The translations under genes were made by a program, and so were the position numbers. A stretch of 7,738 nt of DNA, taken from a virus. Its lineage: Duplodnaviria; Heunggongvirae; Uroviricota; Caudoviricetes. The stretch lies in the IMG/VR virus record IMGVR_UViG_2802429219_000018, one strand, 5' to 3'. Shown here in pieces: positions 1 to 5,327 of the stretch. The number at the start of each line of letters is the position of its first letter. The stretch's first letter is position 1. The notes beneath the pieces are model-generated. The model made no database searches and was not told the origin of the DNA. It saw nothing but the letters and a program-made list of their open reading frames with translations.

Positions 1-124
1 TTTACGCACCTCTTTTCCTAACAAAACGCCAGCCATCTCAAAATTAGAACTAGTGTTAGACATATATCCAAGCCTATCTCTTATTTTAAGATACATCTAC
101 TGTCTGGTATTTCAGGGGGCCAGC

Positions 125-447
125 TCAGTCTCAAAACGTGGGCATGTTGTCTCAAAATGCCTGCAAGTTGTCTCATTAAAAACAATAAATATTATTAAAT
201 AACATATAGATATATATTTTTGAGACAACCGAGACAACTGAGACAACCTAAACGATGTATTATGTGAGAGTATTTACAGCCATCAGATAGATTCCCAAAA
301 TTACTTCTATATATATACAGAATGTGGTTGTCTCAGTTGGTTCATTGTCTCAATAGGCAAAATATTGTTAAGTATCAACGCGTTATCAATAATAAGCGAG
401 ACAACCTAGTCAAAAATTGAGACAACTACCCCAAAAAATGAGACAAC
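125..447. repeat. Iteron-type replication origin (TGAGACAAC repeats in both orientations plus AT-rich tracts), immediately 3' of the primase-helicase gene
   Basis: Forward GAGACAAC copies sit at 222-229, 231-238 and 240-247 (tandem, 9-bp period) and at 398-405, 419-426 and 440-447 (exact 21-bp period). Inverted copies (GTTGTCTC) sit at 146-153 and 167-174 (21 bp apart) and at 327-334, with degenerate copies at 344-351 and 125-132. AT-rich tracts lie at 175-221 and 296-320. There is a WATCAANNNNTTR (IHF-like) match at 373-385. The position just downstream of the rep gene matches SaPI/PICI and P4-type origins. Confidence 0.8.
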
Positions 448-477
448 CACGCTAAGTTAGACGATACCTATAAAACA

Positions 478-2616
478 CTATTCATCCAGTTCATCATCCA
501 TAAGTAATGCATACGCTCTTAACTGCTTACCGTTCAGATGCTTTATTCTGGGTGTTCTTGTTTGCCACCCTTTACCACTTGAAGGGCGTTTAAGCATATT
601 TGCCCCATGAAGCACACTTGCAGCATGGTTTGCATCAAATCCACTTGCCACCTCGGCTTTAAAAACAGCCGGAAGAACATAAAAAGTTATAGCATCATCA
701 AGGTTTGATTTTCCTTTATTTTTATAACCAGCAAGGTTATGAATACTCATCTGGCTCAATTCATCAAAATCAACAGGTACAAAACGACTAATGCTATTTG
801 CTGTAAGAAATGATGTTGCCTGCTCAATAATCTGCTCGTTTTCCTTATTGCCTGTCCCGAACTCAGCCACCCATACATTAAAAACATGCTGTAACGCATC
901 TCGACACGCTAATGAGTCCCATCCAGTAATATGTTCAGAAAGCAGCATTGCACATTCCATAACTGCAAAACGATCCTTTACTCTATGAACTTGCTCGCCG
1001 TAATGTTGCGGAATAAGAGAATCCCATCGCTCTAACGCTCGTTTATAAGCCTCCTTCGCTTCCTGTTGATGATCTGCAAGCCATCTGATCCACTCACGAC
1101 CCGCCGCGCCATAATTTTCTTTCCATGCTGCTTCCAGTGCCTTCGCATGTTTCTCTCCATTTTCGTATCCATGAAATTCAGTTGGTCGAGATACAGGGAT
1201 ATTCAGTAATCTAACGAGCTGTCCAGCTTTTACTTTGATTCCTGCTCCAGCGAGAAAAGTTTCAATACTTTTCTCTCCTGTACTGATAACAACCGTTTCG
1301 AAATATTTAATTTCACGGTTCCCACCATCAGGACTTCCCTGTAATTTCCCTTTTCCATTAAAAAGAGTATAAGACGACGTAAATACACTTCTGGCACTGG
1401 AAGCCTGCTCTATTTCATCAAGAGCCAATAAACAGTGATTATGTGATTCTGCTTCGTTAGTTATACCCAACGCCGTTCCATACCAGGAAAGCCGTTGTTG
1501 TTTTGGAATTCCATACAGACTTGAGGCAAAATCTTCCGCAGTTGTTTTTCCCGCTGTACTTTGCGCATACAGATGCACACCAAAGCCATCAGCACCAATA
1601 ACACCAATCAGCGGGGCTGCCAGTGACGTAGCAGCCGCCAGCATCTGAAACGGGTTTTTATATGCCAATTTTGCAACATTCTCGCGCCAGCTTTCAGTAG
1701 TTCCTTTTACGCGATAAGCCAGCCTTGAGGCACTTCCTCCGGTAAACATAACTGGGGTTTCAGGCTCACCAATAACATCACCATTTGGCATGATGTAGAT
1801 GCCACCAAACCACCCGGAACGTTGTGTAGCCGTATACTGTAACCCTTTCTGAGCTTCATTCTGTATCCAGTCAGATAGAAGCTCTCTGGCCTTATTTTGT
1901 GTAGTAATTTTTAATCCCCAGTCTTTAAGGCGTGACCATCCCTGAGGGGTTCCAATCATTCCGGCTCTAATACAATGAGTAACCATTTCCCCCCTGAATT
2001 TCCAGCGTAAAGCAATAAACATTGCGTCATTTTCTCTATCAAATCCTTCGCCTAACACTTCCAGAGGTGAGCACATCCATTGACCATGGCGGGTTATCTC
2101 TCCTGAACGTTCAATTTTTGGGGTAACCCAGTACATACCTACTGGATCCGCATTTATACGCAATTCAACGTAAGGCGCCAGTTCATCGCGTGCCTGATTA
2201 CTTGCAGATTGCACAATATCCGTCATCGACACTTCTCCGCTCTCTACCTGTTCACGGATCCGTTGCAAGTAGTCGCGCCAGTTCTCCGGCTCCCGGTCGG
2301 TGATGCCTTTGTATAATTTCGCATCCTGTACGCCAGCCAGCGCCAGCTTTTCAGCAATAGCGTTGATCTGAATTGGCTCCATTTCCCCCGCGATATAAAC
2401 ACGCGCAAAGCGGCGCTCATCGTCAATAATGCGGATATTCGCCAGGTCTGCCAGTTGCTTTGGCCCCAGGTAAACAGGTGGTACGTTATCGCCGTGTTTT
2501 CGTCCTTCGCTTTCAATCCAGTGTTGAGCATGGGAGTAAGCGTCCGTCCCGGCAAAAATGATTACCTCGGTGAATTTATCCTTCGGCTGATATTTTAAAT
2601 TCGGTGCGTTTTTCAC
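478..2616 (-). CDS. Satellite replication initiator: primase/helicase-type protein with a DUF927-like core and a P-loop NTPase domain (712 aa)
   Basis: Long ORF with a GTG start preceded by GGAGG 6 nt upstream, and a 4-nt GTGA overlap with the upstream ORF's stop. The central segment GMYWVTPK...WMCSPLEVLGEGFDREN...FIALRWKF resembles the DUF927 core. Walker A-like AQSTAGKTT and Walker B-like CLLALDEIEQ are present. Cognate iterons follow the stop codon (TAG at 478-480). The family call is from memory, not from an HMM search. Confidence 0.9.
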   Translation of the reverse strand: MKNAPNLKYQPKDKFTEVIIFAGTDAYSHAQHWIESEGRKHGDNVPPVYLGPKQLADLANIRIIDDERRFARVYIAGEMEPIQINAIAEKLALAGVQDAKLYKGITDREPENWRDYLQRIREQVESGEVSMTDIVQSASNQARDELAPYVELRINADPVGMYWVTPKIERSGEITRHGQWMCSPLEVLGEGFDRENDAMFIALRWKFRGEMVTHCIRAGMIGTPQGWSRLKDWGLKITTQNKARELLSDWIQNEAQKGLQYTATQRSGWFGGIYIMPNGDVIGEPETPVMFTGGSASRLAYRVKGTTESWRENVAKLAYKNPFQMLAAATSLAAPLIGVIGADGFGVHLYAQSTAGKTTAEDFASSLYGIPKQQRLSWYGTALGITNEAESHNHCLLALDEIEQASSARSVFTSSYTLFNGKGKLQGSPDGGNREIKYFETVVISTGEKSIETFLAGAGIKVKAGQLVRLLNIPVSRPTEFHGYENGEKHAKALEAAWKENYGAAGREWIRWLADHQQEAKEAYKRALERWDSLIPQHYGEQVHRVKDRFAVMECAMLLSEHITGWDSLACRDALQHVFNVWVAEFGTGNKENEQIIEQATSFLTANSISRFVPVDFDELSQMSIHNLAGYKNKGKSNLDDAITFYVLPAVFKAEVASGFDANHAASVLHGANMLKRPSSGKGWQTRTPRIKHLNGKQLRAYALLMDDELDE

Positions 2617-2903
2617 TTCTTACCTCCCGCAACCAACATTGCCCGGATTTTTTTAATATTCGTGGCTGCACGTCTCGCCACCGCCTGTTGTTTGTTTTCC
2701 ACCAGAATAAAATCACGCTCAAACTGACGGCGCGGCATTACGCAGTCATATTCGTAAGCCTCACGGCGGTAGGTGATATTGCCTGGCGTAACGTGACGAA
2801 TAACCACTCGTCCCCCACGTCTGGTGTCGCGGTAAATATCTCCGTGTCTGATTTCAGGCCGAGAGAGACCGCTGGCAGTAAAGCCAGAATTTTTCTTTTT
2901 CAT
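2613..2903 (-). CDS. Small basic protein, 96 aa, function unknown (GDIYRD...VTPGNITYRREAYEYDCVMPRRQFERDF resembles DUF4222-type small phage proteins; unverified)
   Basis: ATG at 2903, 4 nt after the upstream ORF's stop. AGGA lies about 11 nt upstream. Its stop overlaps the primase GTG (GTGA). It sits in the same coupled operon. Confidence 0.65.
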   Translation of the reverse strand: MKKKNSGFTASGLSRPEIRHGDIYRDTRRGGRVVIRHVTPGNITYRREAYEYDCVMPRRQFERDFILVENKQQAVARRAATNIKKIRAMLVAGGKK

Positions 2904-2907
2904 GGTT

Positions 2908-3108
2908 TTATTTTCCTGTCAGCAGTTCCGGTTTTATTCCTGCACTAATACAGAGTTCAGAAAAGCCTTCTGCCGTACTTACAATTTCATTATTTCGCAG
3001 CCGGCATTGTGATTTCACTTTCCCTTTATCCAGGTAAACCAGTATGCGTCCGGTGAAATCCTCTGGCACATTCAGGGTAATTGTCATTGTTGCTGGCTTA
3101 TTACCCAT
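2908..3108 (-). CDS. Hypothetical 66-aa protein carrying one copy of an 'FTG' repeat domain
   Basis: The ATG overlaps the upstream stop as ATGGGTAA (3101-3108). A G8 run (complement of C8 at 3115-3122) sits 6 nt upstream and is SD-like. The domain FTGRILVYLDKGKVKSQCRLRNNEIVSTAEGFSELCISAG is paralogous to two segments of the upstream 122-aa ORF. An alternative start at M8 cannot be excluded. Confidence 0.6.
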   Translation of the reverse strand: MGNKPATMTITLNVPEDFTGRILVYLDKGKVKSQCRLRNNEIVSTAEGFSELCISAGIKPELLTGK

Positions 3109-3469
3109 GGTTCACCCCCCCCTGAATGACCTGATAACCGCAACTGGTCAGCAATTCGATAAATTCCGGCAGTGTGCCGAAACAGCAATCATCACGCAGC
3201 CGTTCGCGGGATACCTCGACGCCGTTTTCGTAGTGACTCACCATGCGTCCGGTAAAATGCAGATCATCATCGTGATGGCACGTTAACGGCTTAATCAGTC
3301 GCGCACGTTCCGCCAGTTCCAGCAATGCTTCAACGCTTCCGGCAATTGCACCATCCGGCAGGTGGTAATTACGCACTATGCGCCCGTTCTCCACATTGAC
3401 CAGCAACTGCCCGGTAAATTTCTCGTCAAACTGAATGCTGTTAAGGTCAGAAATTGACAGGTTATGCAT
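3101..3469 (-). CDS. Hypothetical 122-aa protein with two tandem copies of the 'FTG' repeat domain
   Basis: ATG at 3469 with GGAGG 6 nt upstream. It overlaps the upstream stop as ATGCATAA (3462-3469). The internal repeat is FTGQLLVNVENGRIV...GSVEALLELAERA (from aa 18) versus FTGRMVSHYENGVEV...GTLPEFIELLTSCG (from aa 72). Confidence 0.7.
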   Translation of the reverse strand: MHNLSISDLNSIQFDEKFTGQLLVNVENGRIVRNYHLPDGAIAGSVEALLELAERARLIKPLTCHHDDDLHFTGRMVSHYENGVEVSRERLRDDCCFGTLPEFIELLTSCGYQVIQGGVNHG

Positions 3470-3665
3470 GGTGCACCTCCTGGCGAATACGGGCAGCGAA
3501 TACCATCACGCAGCCATCAGGAGATTGCTGACGCGCTTCCTGTTCGCTGATGGCCTCGATGTGAATTACGCGCGGTTGTGCCGTACTCAGGGCGATAAAA
3601 CGCCAGATATATTTATTCAGGTTGTGCGAGTCCCGCCCTTGCGGGTGTGTGGTATGATTTCTCAT
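3462..3665 (-). CDS. Icd-like / Ash-like small protein, 67 aa (uses an internal start of the 331-aa track ORF)
   Basis: ATG at 3665 is preceded by GAGGT (3674..3670). The sequence MRNHTTHPQGRDSHNLNKYIWRFIALSTAQPRVIHIEAISEQEARQQSPDGCVMVFAARIRQEVHHA fits the pattern I recall for phage Icd-like proteins (aromatic-x-W/F-x-F-x-A ... A-x-SE-x-EAR ... F-A-A-R). It is the first gene of the coupled operon. The family call is from memory. Confidence 0.65.
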   Translation of the reverse strand: MRNHTTHPQGRDSHNLNKYIWRFIALSTAQPRVIHIEAISEQEARQQSPDGCVMVFAARIRQEVHHA

Positions 3666-3745
3666 AGCTACCTCGATACTGTTGCTATCGTTGGTGGTTA
3701 GAAGCCCGGTTAGTGTTAGCGCACTGCCGGGTTTCGTCGTTTTTA
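3665..3745 (+). ncRNA. Candidate ~80-nt cis-antisense RNA covering the SD/start of the Icd-like gene
   Basis: There is a plus-strand extended -10 (TG-g-TATGAT, 3650-3658) inside the Icd-like coding region, which predicts a start near 3665. The RNA has a 5' hairpin (cgata-ctgttgc-tatcg, 3674-3690) and then a plus-oriented terminator hairpin (3701-3735) with a U-rich tail to 3745. No plus-strand gene feeds this terminator. The start site and expression are untested. Confidence 0.35.
3701..3745 (+). terminator. Plus-strand-oriented intrinsic terminator-like hairpin in the leader region of the replication operon
   Basis: The stem pairs gaagcccggttagtg with cactgccgggtttc (14 pairs, one bulged U, 6-nt loop ttagcg), followed by gtcgttttta. 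Two of the pairs are G-U on the plus RNA (3704/3732 and 3711/3726) and would be C-A mismatches on the minus RNA. The U-rich tail exists only in the plus orientation. Confidence 0.45.
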
Positions 3746-3754
3746 TGAATCGAT

Positions 3755-3860
3755 CATTGTGAGATACATAGTCATCACAATGTGAGATATACATTATATT
3801 GTGGTGATATACATTGCAAGTGTTTTTATATCTCACTTTTGTGTATAGTGATATACACAT
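3755..3860. promoter_or_regulatory. Operator array and divergent promoter region between the RHH gene (+) and the Icd-like/primase operon (-)
   Basis: Five copies of GTGA(G)ATA(TA)CA: 3759-3770, 3782-3795, 3804-3815, an inverted copy at 3827-3836, and 3848-3860. They are phased at about 22 bp. An 8-bp inverted repeat CATTGTGA/TCACAATG lies at 3755-3762 and 3775-3782. A perfect minus-strand TATAAT (3798..3793) has a palindromic TTGCAA (3814-3819) 15 bp upstream. A plus-strand TATAGT lies at 3844-3849. The promoter assignments are tentative. Confidence 0.65.
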
Positions 3861-3879
3861 AACTAATTGGTGATTAACT

Positions 3880-4182
3880 ATGTCTGTATACAAAAATGCA
3901 AAATCGCAAATGACAACGATCAGGGTTCCCCACGATGTTATGGAGGGTATGGAATCCGTAAAACTGGACGGCGAAAGCAACGCCGGATTCATAGTAACCG
4001 CCATGCGTGGTGAGATCGCCCGCCGCCAGGCAGAAGGAAGAGGAGAAAATCCCCTGGTTTCTTCGCTCGATGCACTGGCGCAGGTGGAAAAAATCGGAGT
4101 CAAAGCAGCCGAGGAGATCGGGCAGCTCGTCACCGTCGCGCGTGAAGAACTCCAGCGCCGCAAGGCCAAAGAACAGGAGTAG
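3880..4182 (+). CDS. Ribbon-helix-helix-like small DNA-binding protein (YlcI/YnfO-like), 100 aa; candidate island repressor
   Basis: The N-terminal segment TTIRVPHDVMEGMESVKLDGESNAGFIVTAMRGEIARR has a strand-helix-helix pattern like the YlcI segment IRFPNQMIEQINIALEQKGSGNFSAWVIEACRRRL (from memory). The C-terminal half is charged and helical. It is the only plus-strand gene and sits next to the operator array. The antisense ORFs over it (3874-4200 and 3462-4457) are Ser/Cys-rich shadow-type sequence. Confidence 0.7.
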   Translation: MSVYKNAKSQMTTIRVPHDVMEGMESVKLDGESNAGFIVTAMRGEIARRQAEGRGENPLVSSLDALAQVEKIGVKAAEEIGQLVTVAREELQRRKAKEQE

Positions 4183-4457
4183 TTGATCAGCACCGGGCAA
4201 CCAGAAAAAATCGTATCAGTCGCGCTACCAGCAAAATTTTTTGCTTTCCGGACAGCGTGGCCAACGGCATTTTGCAGCAAAATATTCTGCATTTCTGGCG
4301 TGCTGTAGTAACGGTGATCAGCGCCTTCACATTGAACGAACTTGTCGCTAAAATTCACCCATATAGCAAACATCGCGGTGCTACAGGTAATTCGTTCACA
4401 AAGGCGCTCCGGCAACGGGGCGCTTTCTCTTTTTGTAACGGTCAGAGCGTTACACAT
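4183..4457 (-). other. 5' segment of the long minus-strand ORF: a translationally coupled start with no local stop codon
   Basis: The ATG at 4457 overlaps the ant-like stop as ATGTGTAA, with GGAGG 9 nt upstream. The first ~90 codons (MCNALTVTKRESAPLPERLCERITCSTAMFAIWVNFSDKFVQCEGADHRYYSTPEMQNILLQNAVGHAVRKAKNF...) look protein-like and have no competing gene. The frame stays open to 3462, so the 3' end is undefined. Confidence 0.3.
4401..4434 (+). terminator. Rho-independent terminator, plus-strand orientation, about 220 nt downstream of the RHH gene's stop
   Basis: aaggcgctccg-GCAA-cggggcgcttt forms an 11-bp stem (two G-U pairs on the plus RNA) with a GNRA tetraloop, followed by ctctttttg. 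The minus-strand equivalent has C-A mismatches and only a UUUGUG tail. Confidence 0.6.
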
Positions 4458-5250
4458 GGCTGTTTTCCTCCATGCGACGGGCTAACCAACGCTGCGAAAG
4501 ACGAATTAATTCAGCTTTCCGCTGGTGGTAGTCCTGGCCTAACTCAATCAGCGTGATATTGCTCTGCTCAAGGTAAGAAAGGTGCTCAAGCTGCAATGTG
4601 CTCATGTGGTCGCGTGGTTCGCCTGTGATGTCGTTCGCCTGCGCCCACTGTTTTGCAGTCATGCCACCCAGCACGATACGCGCCAGCATGTTCGCTTCCG
4701 TGGTGTAGTGGTGCTGGAGTGTGTTTTTACCCAGTTCAGCCCGGTACGCCTCCAGCGCGGCACACATTGGCTTAAAGTAGCTGGCAACTGTGATACGGGC
4801 TTTCAGTTCCCGGCGTAACGCTGCGGAACGCACTGGCGCTACCTTGTGTAGCTCCTCCTCGCATTTGATGAAGTACTGACGAACGGCGCGGCCCTGTTCG
4901 GTGCGTTCGACCATCGCCAGTTCTTTCGCCATGTTGATAGTGCTCAGGTAGTCGTGCTCTATACGTTGGCGAGATTTTGCGCTCACCGGATTGGGGGAGG
5001 TCAAATTTTCTACGAATTCAAAATCCACGCCCTTTTTAAATCCGTACTCATCAATGCGTCCTTTAATCCAGGTTGTGAAATCACGGCCTACCCCGAGCGC
5101 CTTATGCAACGCTCTGGCGCTAACAATATTGGTTTCACGCCCGCCAATAACGCCGGAAATAACCGGGATAATTTCGCCAAAATTTTGCAGATTCTGGTTT
5201 TCAGGCCGAACGAAGCCCTGCCCCTGTACGGGCGTTTTTGGAAATTTCAT
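4450..5250 (-). CDS. AntA/AntB-family phage antirepressor homolog, 266 aa
   Basis: ATG at 5250 with AGGAG 5 nt upstream. The N-terminal half (VSARALHKALGVGRDFTTWIKGRIDEYGFKKGVDF...INMAKELAMVERTEQGRAVRQYFIKCEEEL) matches the AntA domain pattern. The C-terminal half is helical and of uncertain family. Confidence 0.85.
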   Translation of the reverse strand: MKFPKTPVQGQGFVRPENQNLQNFGEIIPVISGVIGGRETNIVSARALHKALGVGRDFTTWIKGRIDEYGFKKGVDFEFVENLTSPNPVSAKSRQRIEHDYLSTINMAKELAMVERTEQGRAVRQYFIKCEEELHKVAPVRSAALRRELKARITVASYFKPMCAALEAYRAELGKNTLQHHYTTEANMLARIVLGGMTAKQWAQANDITGEPRDHMSTLQLEHLSYLEQSNITLIELGQDYHQRKAELIRLSQRWLARRMEENSHV

Positions 5251-5327
5251 AAAAACTCCTGCTATCGAATTAAGTTACTTTTATTTGCTGGTGGATAGCT
5301 GGGGGCAATAGCCCCGTAGCCATTTAA

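Noticed and set aside
1-63. Possible minus-strand ORF start (ATG at 63..61: MSNTSSNFEMAGVLLGKEVRK...) running off the left edge
   Set aside because: Only 21 codons are visible, the SD is weak, and no recognisable motif is present. It cannot be supported from this window.
304-320. LexA/SOS-box-like sequence cttctatatatatacag in the origin
   Set aside because: Only the right half-site (CAG) fits CTG-N10-CAG; the left half reads TTC. It is better explained as part of the AT-rich unwinding tract.
125-447. Possible CRISPR array, given the many short repeats
   Set aside because: The repeat unit is only 8-9 bp, occurs in both orientations and has irregular 9/17/21-bp spacing. This is iteron architecture, not 28-37-bp repeats with unique spacers.
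791-2555. Track ORFs 791-988 (+) and 2244-2555 (-) inside the primase-helicase gene
   Set aside because: Both are fully embedded in a long, motif-bearing CDS in another frame or strand. They have low-complexity or shadow-like sequence and no RBS.
3115-3122. C8/G8 homopolymer as a slippage or frameshift site fusing the 122-aa and 66-aa 'FTG' ORFs
   Set aside because: I worked through both +1 and -1 changes. G7 gives an immediate TGA (..GGG GGG TGA), and G9 hits TGA after 11 codons. The 66-aa frame also has a TGA two codons upstream of its ATG. No fusion is possible, so the tract more plausibly acts as an SD-like element.
2604-3701. Plus-strand track ORFs 2604-2948, 3044-3286 and 3435-3701
   Set aside because: They are antisense to the tightly coupled minus-strand operon, with no SD and atypical composition. 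They are treated as shadows.
3462-4457. The 331-aa track ORF taken as one conventional protein
   Set aside because: Its middle third is antisense to a better-supported RHH gene and has Ser-rich shadow composition. Another 71 codons translate AT-rich operator DNA into Cys/His/Tyr/Asn-rich sequence. Its last 67 codons form a self-standing Icd-like gene with its own SD. The open frame itself is kept as a finding, but it is not annotated as a single CDS.
3874-5311. Track ORFs 3874-4200 (-), 4257-4556 (+), 4582-4818 (+), 4954-5298 (+) and 4991-5311 (+)
   Set aside because: They overlap the RHH or AntA-family genes in other frames or strands. ORF 4257-4556 would run through the plus-strand terminator at 4401-4434 and into the ant-like gene.
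5296-5320. Hairpin (ggggc-aata-gcccc, with imperfect extension) between alpA and the ant-like gene as a terminator
   Set aside because: There is no U-tract on the minus strand after the stem, and the stem is short and interrupted. At most it is a minor attenuator or mRNA-stability element.
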